Shown here piece by piece: positions 27,601 through 41,773 of a stretch of DNA of 64,000 nucleotides; positions within the stretch are counted from its first letter, which is position 1, and every line of letters starts with the position of its first letter. Under the pieces are notes generated by a model, which did no database searches, was not told where the DNA came from, and saw only the letters and a list, made by a program, of their open reading frames with translations. The translations under genes and the position numbers were made by a program. Source of the DNA: Lingula anatina (taxonomy: Eukaryota > Animalia > Brachiopoda); the NCBI GenBank assembly GCA_051362555.1, contig CM120646.1:13888001-13952000 (forward strand). The letters are read 5' to 3'.

Positions 27601-30600
27601 GAGATTTCTCCTGTAAGGAAATCCATTGTAGTACTACTAGTAGTAGTAGAAACTTTAAAAAATTAACAAAAAAATTAACAAAAATGTAAACTAAAGAATT
27701 AGAGTTACTGTAGCCTCTAGCTGACAGGCCAAATTTCAATCTCACTCATGTCCTTTGTCTTGTACTGTCTTAAAAAAAATGTAATATTCATCAGTCAGGT
27801 ATGCAGGAGGCCTAATGACTCCCATTTGATCTCTTTTGGATTTGGTACGAGATTTAATAATAAAAACTGACAAATTCAAATACACTTCCAGATAAAAGCC
27901 CAGGTCCGCTGCACTTCTCTCGCCATGACGTGGTGGTCCAGACCATCATGAGGGGAAGGGACTTTGGACTGGGGAACTATAACTCGGCCAGGAGGGCCTT
28001 TGGTCTTGAAGAGGTGGACACATGGGATGCCCTGGAAAGCCTGGTGAACACTACCACAGCCGAAGAGAAGGAAACTGTGAAACAGGTGATACCAACAGAG
28101 GCGGATCCAGAAATATTTCTGACAGACTTCCAAATTATCTTTGTTGATCCATCTTCAGTTTTTGACTGTCTTCTGACAGAAAAATTTTCACCATCTTCTG
28201 GCGTATCTTATATTGGATTTTTACACTAAATCTGTTTTCTTTGTTGTGATAAATTTAATGCAGTTTTTATCTATACTTGGGATCATATTTTGCACAGCCT
28301 GTCTTTGCACTTGCATCCAATGTTTTATGCAATTTCTAAAAGCATCCTGACTTATTTATACCCCATAATCTTTCTGGCATTTCAAAAATAAATATCAACA
28401 TATATCATCATTTCATAAATGATCCACTTTAAAGTAATATTGATAAAAATATGTGATATACAGCTCAATGCAATTCTGTCATTTTCCATACTTTCAGACT
28501 GTTGAAAAGCTGCGCAATGTGTACAATGGCAGTATGGAGCATTTGGATGTCTTTGCTGGGGGTATGGCAGAAACAGGTAGATATGGCCCTGGACCACTAT
28601 TCCGCGAAATTCTTCTTGACCAATTTCTCCGTATCAGAGATGCAGACAGATACTGGTTTGAGAATAAACAAAATGGGTAAATATTTACAAGTCACCACTC
28701 AGTCTGGTGCTATGCAATATTATATCTTTTATGTATAATATTAATAGTATATAATACTGACAGTAACTATAATCGTGGCCCATTGTAGTTGATAATTGTT
28801 GAAAAAAAAATATAGTTTGTAATTAGAATTATCCAGGTTTTCAAGAGTCTTCCATACACTGAGTGTGTGTTATTGTCTTGTTTTTTATATGAATTTATTA
28901 AATAAGTATATATAAATATGAAAACACACTAAGTTAATAGCTCCTGATCAGTCAAAGAAGTAATTGTTTTCTCTATTTAGAAATTTCCTTCAAAAAATTG
29001 AACCTTGACAAAATAATTAAAAAATTTACAGTCTCATTCATTGAAAACTATATAATTGATACGCACATGATTAGAAAGTTTAATAAAATGCTGCAAAATT
29101 AAGAAATGGGTGTTCCCTTCTAGACTGTTCACAGATGATGAGATTGCCCAGATAAAGAGTATTAAGTTTGCCGACATCATCACCAACGTGACAAACATTG
29201 AGCCAGATTGGTTGCAAAGAGATGTTTTCTTATGGCAACAAGGTAACAAGTTCACAACTAAACCTAACTCCATGAAAATGGGCAAAAATTACTTTTTTAA
29301 AAGAACAAGATGAATGATATTCAGTGCCACTGTGAGCCCTCCTGCGCACATGATCATCCAAGCCTAATGGAATTTTTACAAGTGTTGTGTTTTTTAACGT
29401 ATAAATGTGTCTTATGTTATGTTGCAGCAAACATTTTGTTTGATTTTGATTACTGCCTGTGCATTTTACATTTATTTATTTATTTATTTGTTTGTTTGTT
29501 TGTTAAGCTTTCAAATTGTTTATTAATCAATCTGTCTATTCTATCATTACAGGGGACCCTTGTCCTCAAGAGAAGCAGCTGGTGATAGAGGATATGGAGC
29601 CATGCACAGATCTCCAGGGCTGGGATTACTTTGCTGGCAGTGAGCTCTGGTTTATAGGGAGTCTTGTGGTACTGGGACTGGTGCCATTCTGTGAGTAAAC
29701 TAGGGGTGTCACCGCTAATGTGGCACCATTCTGTGAGTAGCCAAGGGGTGTCACCACTAAAATTTCACCATTCTGTGGGTAGCCTAGGGGTGTCACCACT
29801 AATGTGTCACCATTCTTTGAGTAGCCAAGGGCATCACCATTTAGGTATCACCATTTTGTGAGAAGCCAAGGAGATTCACCAGTAAGGGTGTCACCACCGA
29901 GGTGTTACCATTCTGTGAGGGACAAGCAGGCTTCTGTAAGATAGACAAATCGTATTGAGAAAAGGAGTCAAATCTAGGCCCAGTGTGTCTTGGTCTTCTA
30001 GGTCTTTTGTAAGATTTTCATAATTTTATTTTTTTAAAAGACATTTAATAGCCTAAAAATATGAGACTTATTTGAGCTTTGAGTATTCTTTGAGTGGTAT
30101 CTTTACCATAGGCACATGCTCTCTTACTATTTTAATTATTTTCCAGTCTGCATCTTGGTGGCCTACCTCATCTACAGAGTGAAGAAGTTTAGGACAAAGA
30201 GAGTGAAGAGAACTCTGCACATGGACAAGTTACGGTCCATGGTGAGAGCCAATGCTGGAAACATAGCAGGTAAGTATAAACATTTATATTTTACTGCCTC
30301 ATGCCCCGGCCACAGCCATTGTATAAGGTATTTTTATCAGCTTTATCTTGAAAGAAGTAAATGCCCACTTTTTCCCCTTTCAGCTACTGAGTGGACAGAT
30401 CCTAAAGACCTTCCTCGTAGCATTGAGCTACATTTCGATGACATGACATGTGGACTGCTAGTCTTAACAGCTAGTGGGACGAAAATACGCCATTTAGACT
30501 TCTCAATGTCTGAAGAAGTTAACGTCTGGCTCAGCATGAACCGTGGGAAAGAAACAATGCTTATTCAAATCCCTAATGAATATGATCTGGTATGTGTAAA

Positions 30601-31808
30601 TGTAACCTTAAAGTTTGTGTAACATGCTGAAGCACGTGGAAATGAACTGATATACGGTACTTCATTTAGCCAGCCATGTAAAATTAAAAGAAATTGCAAG
30701 TTGTTAAAAACACTTCACACATGCATTTACTTCACCATATTAAAATATGATCATATTAACAGACATTGAAAAATATGCCAGTAAGTTTGGAAATAGTTTC
30801 AGAAAACAAAAGTGTGTACATTAATGCAAATCAGTTATGTTTAACAATGTTCATGATTTTATTATGATAATAGGTTGTGATGTTCGACGATGAAGAAGAC
30901 AGAATGGAATTCCTGAGAAAATTTAAAAGCTACCTGAATGACTTCAATAAGAATTTGCAGTTTTTTCATGACAAGCAGCAGAATATACTAGAAAATGCAG
31001 TCACTAAGAGGAAGAGGCAGCAGTTACTGGAGCGTTTCTTTAAGACTGTCTTTGCAGAGGTAATAATCATCATGGCATCATGATTATTATTGAATGCTTA
31101 CAATTGTGATTGATATAACCTGATTGCTTATTATATAGTAAGTTTCTGCTTTTAATGTAGGTCGCAACCTTAAATTTTTTTTTTCTAAAAGGCAAATCTG
31201 ATGAAGCACTGTATGGTGAGATAAGCTTCTTTTCCAATAATTTGTTTGATACACGTATACTAAAGTAACCCATTGCAATAAGTAAATAAAATGAAATGAA
31301 TCCAATGGACTGTTACTTGAAGGGAATGAAAGGCAACCCATGAAACATTGTTTTACAGCTTATTATCATATTCCATTGACTTGGTTCACACCAACATATG
31401 TAATCATTGATTGTGAACCCTTGTCCTTATCTATGCTGCAGGCTCTTACTTTGGATCATCAACCAAGAATGGAGACTGAGGCAATAGAACAAGGAACAGC
31501 CAAGGAAATTCTCAACCTGGAGCTTTCTAAGGTATAACACCTGAATCCAGATTGATCCACTTTGATGTTAGTAAAAAAGTTAATTGTTTTTTAAGAGACT
31601 TAATGTATTTTTTTCTATACGAGGCATGTTGTGATGACTCTTAATTCATCCGTGGCCTTGAACCGCCATGAACATGACACAACGATCACAAGACTGACTG
31701 GTCTTTATGAGCTAGGGAACAATTTGCTTTTTACCATCAGAATGAAAGAGACACTAAAATCCCTAGTTCACCACATTTTGATGCTCTCTAAGCTTTCCCT
31801 CAAGATTT

Positions 31809-31847
<39 letters not shown>

Positions 31848-33438
31848 TTTGTTTGTTTTTTAGGCAGAGTTTGCAGAGGCCCTAGCACTGAAACCATCTT
31901 CACTATTTGTGGAGCAGTTTTTCTCTATGCTGGACAAGGATCAGAATGGATACATCTCCTTCAGGGAGTTTCTATATGCTGTGGTTCTCTTCTCCAAAGG
32001 TAAAAGTAAATTTGACTTGAAACAAAAATGATTATAACTCAATCCCATATGAATCAATAAATGAATCAGTGGATCAAAAAGTAAATTGATTTTAAATTAT
32101 ATTGGAAGGATAAATAATTATAAAATCTTTAATGGATTGATAGTTACTTTAAGCAGTTATTAAATATTTGAATAGATATATATTAAGAAGTTGAATGTTA
32201 GTAAAAGCAAAATATATTTCACCTCTGTAGTGGAATGGGTATTATTGAACTTTTGTTGAATATTTGATCATTATCTTGCACTGTATATTTCAGGATCCTG
32301 TGAAGACAAACTCCACATGCTGTTCAGGATGTATGACCTCAACCACAGTGGCTCTCTGAATAAAGAAGAAATTGCGGCTTTACTGAGGTTGGACATTGTT
32401 GTTTTTGTTGTTGTTGTTGTTTAATTCCCATGCGAAATAGGAACAAAATTGACTGAGAGGCAAATTTCCTAAAATTTGTTTGTTTGTGTGTTTTTAGAGT
32501 GTACTTATACTAGCTGTACTTGAAGAAGGTAATAGAAAAATTTTAGGTTTAGATTTCTTTGCATTGACTAACTTAAATGATATAGACTAATACTTTATTT
32601 GAAAAGGATTCAGCAAAATTAGAACGTTTTTATCCAGATCTCTGCTAGAAATGGCCAACACTGACCTGACAGCAGATGAAGTAGATAAACTGACAGAGAC
32701 CATGTTTGTCAACTCTGGCCTGGAAGGGAAAGGATCACTCCGATTTGAGGAATTTCAACAACTGCTAGCAGACGACATGACAAAGTTGTGGGATGTCTGC
32801 ATAGATTGGAAGGGTGAGAGGGTTAAATAATGTTTTCAAGACGATGAAAATAAACTCTTATTCATTAAGTAAATCTAATAGCTACAGATAATATTATAAT
32901 TATTGGAGTGTGATTTCTTGAAACAATTGATGTAGAAACTTTTTTTAGTCTGAACTGCTGAATATTCAAAACTGAACTTTGTGGATAGTTTAGAAGACTG
33001 GATACAGCATAAATGTTTGTTTTTTTTTTCACTTGGTGACAGAGCAGTAACTAACATTGCTTCCACTGAAATTGTTTCAGGCACTAAAGTTTGCTTCCCA
33101 AAGAAAAGAAGGTAAGGTTTGCCATTGAGATTATTGTTTTGAACAGATGAAAAAATGACACATAAATACACCCAGCCTGTAATTTAAACAGTAGTTCATG
33201 ATACAAACTTAGATCAATATAATGTGCAGTGATAAATTTCATGAGTAGTTTAGGTCATGCATCTTAAATATCTAGCAGCCCTTATGAGTATATTAAGTTT
33301 ACATAATGCTGTTGGCTAATATTGGAGTGGATGAGAAAGCATTTTCCAAGAGTAACAGCAAGCATTATATTTTTAGACCAAAATACAATGAATGCACTAT
33401 TAAAGCATATAAATTTTTTTAATCATATTATACTCATT

Positions 33439-33477
<39 letters not shown>

Positions 33478-36400
33478 TTGTAGTAATGTTGACAAGGAGA
33501 AGGTAAAATTTGGCAACACGGGTCAAGATGCCTTTGGTGCCACACGAGAGAAATACCACCCCATCGGAGCCAAGATGAAGAACGTTTTACACTTCATTGA
33601 AAACAACAGGCAGCACATCTTTTATCTCATCATCTTCTATGGCATTTGCATTGGGCTGTTTTCTGAGAGGTTTTATAGTAAGTGGCTCCAGGGAACAAAA
33701 TGTACAGCTGTGTACTGTTGATAATGAACAATGGCTGGAGTATATGTTATGCACAGCAGGCACTTTAGAAAATTGGTCGAGTTAGGTTGTACATTGGTAT
33801 AAAAATATGATTTATAAGAAACTTCAGATCATTTTGATCATTACGTGTTTGTCACCCTCTTGATCTGATAAATTATATAAATATTTTTCATTAAAATTTT
33901 TTTTTTTCCTTTTCCAGCCTATTCAGTGGAGAAAGAACACTTTGGACTTCGCCGCATTGCCAGTTATGGTGTCCCGGTATCTCGGGGCTCTGCTGCCGCC
34001 TTGACCTTCTGCTATTCCTTGATCCTTCTGACAGTGTGTCGTAATCTGATCACAAGGTTACGCGAGACTTTTCTCAATCTCTACATCCCCTTTGATTCCA
34101 ATGTGGCCTTTCACAAGGTCATTGCTTGGACGGCTCTCTTCTTTACATGTAAGTACGTGAGTTCAGACTGGGACAGTTTTGGAGCAGAAATTTGGGTCAC
34201 TGGAGAGACCACGCTGCACTTATGACATCTTAAGTTAATGCCTAGTGGCACATAAGCAGTTTGAGTGTCTGATTCTGTGCATGCATTTTTTGATGATTTT
34301 ACAACTGAAGTAGACCTGAAGTATGGTGCTAAATCTGTGCATGCTGACCAACAAGAAGCTGTTAAACACGAGACTCGGTACTTATCTATAAGACATGGCC
34401 TGAAGTAGTTTGGTACAAACACAAATGAACTACAGTATTGAATTTGGATGGAATTTTATCAAAGAGATGAAAGGGTTGATTTTCAAGATACTGTAACATT
34501 ATATTTGTATTTACTATCAGTGCTACCCATTTGAGTCAAAATCCAAAATGGCTTAAAAAAGTTTTTCCACGTTTTTAGTGTGTCCTCCTCATATACTTAC
34601 AGGCAATATCTGAATGAATTCTTTTGTTTTCACACACATTCACATTAGTACATCATTTAATTTTATATTCTTTTGATTTCATGCTGCGTGATTATTTATT
34701 TCAGTGGCACATGTAGTGGGGCACGCCCTCAACTTCTACCACATTTCCACACAGCCTGTCCAGCATCTCTGCATCTTTGATGAAATCTTCTTCAAGTTAG
34801 TAAACTGCGTTGATTAATTAATAATTCTTTGAGAAGAAAGTTGATTATAAATTAGAACTTAAATATAAAAGATATTTATATGACAATATGTTAACACTGT
34901 TGATATACTTAGTTTGTTATAGTACGTTATATCAGGGATTACATTTTGCTAAGAGTTCACAGTTACTCATCATTTACAATACTGAGGACAAACTGAAATA
35001 TAGTGACTGGAATTGTATGGCTTTCTTAATTTAAATTGAATGTTATTAGATAAATGCAGATTTCATTTTTACAGTCAGTGTGGTAAAATTATGTGGCATG
35101 CATAATTTGGAAACAATAATATGCCTTTCTTAGCTTGTACTAGTATCTTATGTAGAAACGTGCGTCATATCCAAAGTCATGGATGAAGGTTAAAATATCA
35201 TGTCTTTTATTGATAAAAATATATTTAGACTCTTCAAAAATTCTTTATTTTTCTGACCAGTATTGTGCACCTTTTTAGGTCGGAGTATCTGCCAACTTTT
35301 GCATGGTGGCTGTTGGGAACTCTAACTGGTATGTTTTGATGTATTAATTTAATGATTTGATTTTTTTTTTGGGGGGGGGGGGGAGTTTTGTTGTGCAGGT
35401 CAACTTCCATGTACATATTTATATAAACATTTTAGTTTTACATTTTATCAAAACTTCGTATATAGTAAAAGTAGACTGCATAACTTGTTGCACTGTATTT
35501 ACCTCGAACATATCTCGATGAACTTAATTGTAAGCAATATCGACTGAAATTATGTATTATGATCATTCCCTTAACCAAATCTTTGAGCAACTCTGACAAA
35601 TTTTCTGGTCCCAGACGTGTGTGTCTGAGTGGAGTTGACTGTATTTGTTTTTTTGTTTTTGTTTTATTTATTGATTTATTATTTTATTTTATTTTATTAT
35701 TATTATTTTTTTAAAAAATATTTCCAGGCATGACAGGAGTCCTGGTTACGATTGTCATATTTGTCATCTACATCTTTGCCACGCAGTGTGCCAGGCAGTT
35801 CATCTTCAATGCTTTCTGGGCCACGCACAAGCTCATCATCCCCATGTATATTCTGACCATACTGCATGGCAGCGGGCGACTCCTGCAGTTGCCATACTTC
35901 TGGGCGTACTTTGTCGGACCTGCCATTTTGTTCACCATTGATAAGCTGGTCAGCATCAGCCGACGGAAGATGGAAATTTCTGTGATAAATGCAGAACTTT
36001 TGCCCTCTGGTTGGTATTTGTATTACAAACTGGTTTTAATTTGATGAACTCATTAAGTGGGTTTCTTTAGGATTTATAATTAAGTTGATAATTGCATGGA
36101 GGTTTTAAAAATTTATAACAAAAAGATATTTTATGTCCTTGATTGACGTTTTCCTGATTTTGTCTCTTTTATATTGAGTAAAGTGTTGATCAAATGTATA
36201 TAACCAATGACTTATTTTAAACCACAATAAATAACCAACTCTTTTTCATAAATAATTAACTCTTTGAAATTAAGACAGAAGTTTAACTTGACAAAAGTGC
36301 TCTCAACTTTCCTTTAATAATTTATTTTTATTTATTTATTTAATTTTATTTTTTTGCTTTTCACAAGATGTGACCTTCCTGGAGTTCAAGCGCCCACCCA

Positions 36401-38301
36401 ACTTTGAGTACAAATCAGGGCAGTGGGTGCGCATTGCCTGCCTGTCACAGGGCCGCCACGAGTATCACCCTTTCACCTTGACCTCTGCCCCCCAGGAGGA
36501 CACACTCAGCCTCCACATCAGAGCCATAGGACCCTGGACGTGGAACTTGAGGAACTTATACGACCCGGACATGCTTAGGGATGGCCCTTATCCTAAGGTA
36601 CCAGGAGATGGTTGAAGTCACATATTTTTTGGAAAAATTGAAGTTTGAAGATTGAACAAATAAAACATATTAAAATTTATAATGTACTGATTAACTGAGA
36701 ACTTCGGAAAATTGGTGTTATACTAGTATACATGTACACGTGATCTGGCACTAGTAATTGTCAAACAAATATGTGAATTTGCCTACATGCAGTAGTTTCA
36801 GTTTCATGGGTATCACTGTTACCATTGCCAAGATATGGTCTTACTTGAAAATAATTAGATTATGATGGTGTGCCTTGATCCAGATTAACATATGGGTCTG
36901 AGAATATTTAAAAGATTCCTTCACCATTGTGAGATTCGGCCAATTACCTTGAAATGACTGCTCTCAGCTACCACAAATTACCAGGAGGCCTGTGCTCTCT
37001 GAATGTTTGTATTTCTAATTAAGTATTAAGTCTATTTCAGTTGTTTCTGGATGGCCCCTACGGCTCTGGACACCAGGACTGGTATCAGTATGATGTGTCC
37101 ATCTTGGTTGGTGGAGGAATTGGAGTTACCCCATTTGCTTCCATTCTCAAGGACTTTGTCCACATGTCCACCATTAAAAACACTTTTAAGATCAAGTGCC
37201 AGAAGGTAGGGAGATCAAATAGATGTATGAGAACTACTCTCTTATTGAGATATTTCATGTTTCAAGGTATAAAAACATGTTTCAAGGTATAAAAACATAC
37301 TTTAGTGGTTTGGGAAATAAAATATTTATCAGGTTTGTTTTATATTTTCTTTCATTTTGCTGGTGAGATGTGTGCTAAACTGAATATTCCTATTTTTTTA
37401 TTTGAAGATTTATTTAAGTTATAAAAAAGAACTCTTTTTGTTTTGTTTTTGAGCATATGGAATAACAAAATCAAATTTTGAAATGTGTGAATTTTTTTAG
37501 TTTTCATGTGTGGTTTTTATATTATAGCAGGAAAAACAAAATTACTAGTATACAATCATTGGGCATGTTCGTGTATATCATATTAAGCCATCATATCCAG
37601 ATATGATATTTATTAATATATTACATAATTGGACTGAAAACAGGAAAAACAGGACATAGACATTTAAACCTAACTGTAAAGCTGATGTCCCTGTATAGCC
37701 ATATGAATTCATATTTTGCTATTTTAAATCTCCCCCTTACTCCCTCCCCCCCACAAAAAAAATAAAATAAATTAATGAATAAAAAATAAAAAAAGCACAT
37801 ACACCAGTTTCCTAATTCCTAAAATCTACCTTCTATTGAATGCCTGTACCTGACATAATGACTTAAATTTCTTGTGTCTTGTAACTGATAATAGAGATTG
37901 CCTTCTTGTAACATGTGAAGTCTGGGGCATTGGGTTCCTTAATCTATTCCGATTGATTGCTTTATTCATATAATTTCTTTTCAAATACACCAGTTCAGAA
38001 CCTGTCATTTATTTATATAATTTGCTTATTTCAGCTGTACTTTATCTGGGTGACAGCCAGTCAGCGCCATTATGAGTGGCTGATCGACATTCTAAGACAA
38101 GTGGAGGAGGTGGACAAGAACGGACTGGTCAACATTCACATTTTCATCACGCAGTTCTTCCAAAAGTTTGACCTGAGGACTGCCATGCTGGTATGTTGAT
38201 ATGTGAGGTCAGATCAGACCATGACTTGATGAGACCAGAAAATCACACACACTGTGTATTACAATTAGGCATCTGTTTGTGAAGTGTACAATAATAATTA
38301 C

Positions 38302-38341
<40 letters not shown>

Positions 38342-40317
38342 CTGTGTCAAGGGTACATGTAAGAATGATAACAATTAATTTCAGTATATATGTGAGGAGC
38401 ATTTCACTAAAGTGTCTGGGAAGAGTTTGTTCACAGGACTGAGAGCAAAGACCCACTTTGGACGTCCCCAGTTTGAGAAGATATTCCAGTCTGTTCAGGA
38501 GACATCTAAGGTATAAGACCAATACACTGTACGTGTTCTTTGAGAAATTTACAGACCTAGCCCTGTACTTCATGTAGGCCTTTGTTGTCAAAATTGCCCC
38601 CCACCCCAACTCATTTTGTGAATTAGAAAAAATGAGGAGAGATGCTGGATTAATAAATAAAGTTGAATGTGTGTAAGTTTTAAAGCTTCTATGCAGTTCA
38701 ATATATGGATAAAATTGCTTCGTTAGCAAAATTATGTAGCATAGTTGGAAATAATTTTTTATGTGCTCTAATTGTTCCTTATAAACTTCTATGTTAAGCT
38801 AATATTTATAGGCATTTTGCTTAAGCATAAATAACAAGTTATTCTACTATAGGCACTATTTGCACAACCCCACTTAAACAAAGGGTTATTGCAAAATACT
38901 AAATATGTGACTAATATGTTATGTAGTATATAAGTAATGATAATTGATAAACAACAAATCAATTATTCATATGCTTGCTTTACATTATTAACAAATAAAA
39001 TATTTTAGGAACCCGAGGTAAGTTTGGTGCTGGTCAGTTATTTGTAGTCTCTTCCTCTTCCAGTTAGTTTTCAGTTTTAGTAATTGCATGTGTTTTAAAC
39101 TGTGTCAATAACCTTTGAGTTAACTCAAAATAGTATTTTAAACAGGTCATTCTAGTTAACAGTCTTTTGGTTAAGTGGTTACCCCCCCCCCCCCCCCCCC
39201 CCAGGGCTTACCTACAGCATGATCAGTTATGAGGTTTTTTGGACTACCGGCAGATTTCAGACTTTTTTGGAGCCAAAAATGCCCCAAGCCATATTTAAAC
39301 TTTTTTTTCACTAAATGGCAGTCTCATCCCTGCATGGTTCAGTTGCTCAGGTCTGGTTCATGGTGTAAGCTGGAAGTTGTAAATAAATTGGTAATTCCAA
39401 TCCTGGATTGTATGCTCCCTTCTGAGATGAGACTTATTTCCAATTGTTAAAATTGAACTCCTTCAGAAATCTCAAGGATAAATTTTTTAACCACCTGGGT
39501 TATTTATTTATTTATTTAGACTTTACTTTGACATCATTATTATTATTTTATTTGCCAAGTGATTAATTTTTTTAACAAATAGCCGATGAAATTGGAGTAT
39601 TTCTGTTTGCCTACTGTACCAAAGACATTTTGTTTTTTTTTCTTATTTCAAACTAAAGGATGTTTAACAATCAGATAATTATTTGTGGTGATGTGTCAAT
39701 TATTTGTGATGAGTCGAGCAGTGTTTTAACAGTCTGTGAAAAGTGTATGTGTCTAACTGGTCATTTACAACCCCCCTGGACGAGTTCTCCAATATATCTT
39801 ATATCTATTGTATAAAATGTAACAATATCAATTTGAAGAGACCTCAATAATATTCGGAGTGATTTTAATGACCATCAATATATCAAGTTATGAATAAAAT
39901 CAAGAATATTGTAATTCATAAATTATTTTTAAAGATAATTTTCTTCACTGAAATTCAGTCTCTTCCCTGACTGCATGCAGTGATTCTTTGCATTTTCATA
40001 AAGTTTTTTTTTTCTTTTTTAAATAATTTTAAATTTCTTGAAAAGGGCATGCTGGCTTGTGACATAGGTTGTCCCTAAAAGATGAGAAAGATAAATAACT
40101 GTGGAAATGCTTCTTCTTCCCATGGTGATATAAAAATTATGATTTCTTAGTCTCCTAGATTAACTTTCTACAATAAATGTATTTATTCTCCTAGGTAACC
40201 AAGGTGGGCGTGTTCAGCTGTGGTCCACCAGGCCTCACCAAGGGTGTGGAGAAAGCCTGCATCGAGAGCAGCAAGCACTCCAAGGCTCTCTTTGAACACC
40301 ACTATGAGAACTTTTAA
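18009..40317 (+). CDS. DUOX: Dual oxidase (peroxidase-like ectodomain, TM, EF-hands, NOX ferric-reductase/FAD/NADPH domains); ~1519 aa, or 1522 aa with the microexon
   Basis: GT-AG exons joined in one continuous frame: 18009-18102, 19028-19099, 20000-20161, 20783-20970, 21261-21474, 21738-21907, 23590-23650, 25981-26077, 26687-26765, 27122-27224, 27892-28085, 28498-28676, 29124-29242, 29553-29690, 30147-30269, 30384-30589, 30874-31059, 31442-31531, 31864-31999, 32294-32387, 32638-32813, 33081-33111, 33484-33677, 33918-34148, 34705-34795, 35279-35328, 35728-36009, 36368-36597, 37041-37205, 38035-38190, 38385-38510, (39009-39017), 40195-40317. Motifs: signal peptide; [14 protein letters not shown]; [11 protein letters not shown]; RGRDFGL; EF-hands [12 protein letters not shown] and [12 protein letters not shown]; TM heme histidines FHK..AHVVGH and THK..LHG; FAD motif HPFTLTS; NADPH motif GGGIGVTPF; GVFSCGP; C-terminus HYENF*. 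The start Met could be 18009 or a nearby in-frame ATG. Confidence 0.96.
19600..19940. repeat. Degenerate ~120-150-bp tandem repeat (~3 copies) in DUOX intron 2
   Basis: Recurrent CAGCATCTTTGC.TAATGTTT..AATT.ATA and TAGCAACTCCCT.CC blocks. Confidence 0.55.
21941..22018. repeat. Interrupted (TG)n microsatellite
   Basis: Direct observation. Confidence 0.9.
24579..24622. repeat. poly-C followed by (CA)n microsatellite
   Basis: Direct observation. Confidence 0.9.
26052..26440 (+). repeat. ~39-bp minisatellite (~10 copies) spanning the DUOX exon 8 donor site
   Basis: Consensus CTTATACCCCCAGGCTTATATAGAAG|GTAAGACAAGGTC; the first copy contains the real exon end (26077). Confidence 0.95.
29684..29920 (+). 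repeat. ~42-bp minisatellite (~5.5 copies) spanning the DUOX exon 14 donor site
   Basis: Consensus CCATTCT|GTGAGTAGCCAAGGGGTGTCACCACTAATGTGTCA; the first copy contains the real exon end (29690). Confidence 0.93.
39009..39017 (+). CDS. DUOX: Probable 9-nt DUOX microexon (Glu-Pro-Glu)
   Basis: ttttAG|GAACCCGAG|GTAAGT: acceptor plus consensus donor, phase 0/0, between ...QETSK and [11 protein letters not shown]. Branch-point-like TGACTAAT at 38908-38915. Confidence 0.6.
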
Positions 40318-41773
40318 TGCTGGCATCCCCAGGGAAATATGCTCCTCCATATATGGGTGACATCAGGAGGAAAATCTGTGGAATTTGCAGCAAAAGAAGA
40401 ATATACCTTGAGTCAAAAAATTAATTTAAACATGACACTATTATACAATTAACAAAGGAGTTATACTTTTGATTTCAAACCAACAGAATACTGGAAAATA
40501 AGAGTAGTCTTCATGTCAGTCTTGCGGATCCAGTATTTTTGGACCAGCTAGATCAGTATGTAAGGTGCATTTCCAGTAAAGTTGGTAGAGTTTAACTTAG
40601 TACCTGGACCATGCTGTCATAACAGATAGGTATCATTGTGGTTTTAAACCAAGAGCTGAAATTAATCCCCATGTTCTTGCGAGTGTCAGATGTTTAGTTG
40701 ATGCAACTCAATATGTGACAGTGCTAAATAAATTGGCTAAAACAGGACTGTGAACCACCCTTCACTTGCATACAATAAGGCTAGGTGGTTTGCCTGCAGT
40801 AATCTGGGATGTTCTGATTTGAAAGTAGAGACCTCTTTGTTAAAACTTTGTTAAAACTTAGGCTTCTAAGCATTTACTGGAATTTTAAAATGCATCATTG
40901 GGTGAGAATAATAATCCAGACTTTTCTTTTTCCATATTTAAAATTTTATTTTGATCAAGAATTTTATCTTGGTAAATCCATTTAACTCATATATTTTAAA
41001 AAGGAGCTTCCAAGTGCTTAGGGTTATGAATATTTTGGGATTTATACATCCGAGAAAGTAAAGTTCTGCGCTTCTGTAAGGCATTGATATGTCATTAATT
41101 CAGTGACTTTAATCTCAGTTTTATTTAAACATTTTTACGAATTTCACAATGGGATGACAACCCCTCAAACATCCTTACCAACATTGGGAGGGGTGCCAGT
41201 GACTTTATATAAGCTTATATAAATGCTATCCTTCAGAGTAAGTTGAGACTTTTATTAGGTCTTTTGTGCCATGGTAACCAGTTGATAGCATCATTATTTA
41301 GATTTTTAATTGTTGAATTGTGTCAAGAATACACCTCTTTAAGCGTTTCTTTTCCCAATATTGTTTGATTATGCATTTAACAAGGGTTGACCCTTGAATC
41401 CACATTTCCCAGACTGTAAAATGTACATCTCAAATGGTGTAAGAGTGAAAACTTAGTGTAGCCTCTTTTGGTTGGTGTGCATCACTTTCCCCACTTTCTG
41501 GTCAACTTTAAATTTATCCATTCATTTATAGCAAGCTTTCTTCAAGGCTCATGGATATTTGTTATGAATAGGGATTACAGGGACTAAACATATCCAGTGT
41601 TATTTAAAAAACAAAACTTAAAAATATGTACATCAAACAAAAGTAGATTGAATTACTGAAGCAAAAAAATTACTAGGAAAGGATCCGACTTCTTATTATA
41701 ATTTTTTTTTTTTTTTGAAGGCTGAGATGATCTCCTGTGCCTTGAAGCATAAACTTGCACACCAGAATAATGA

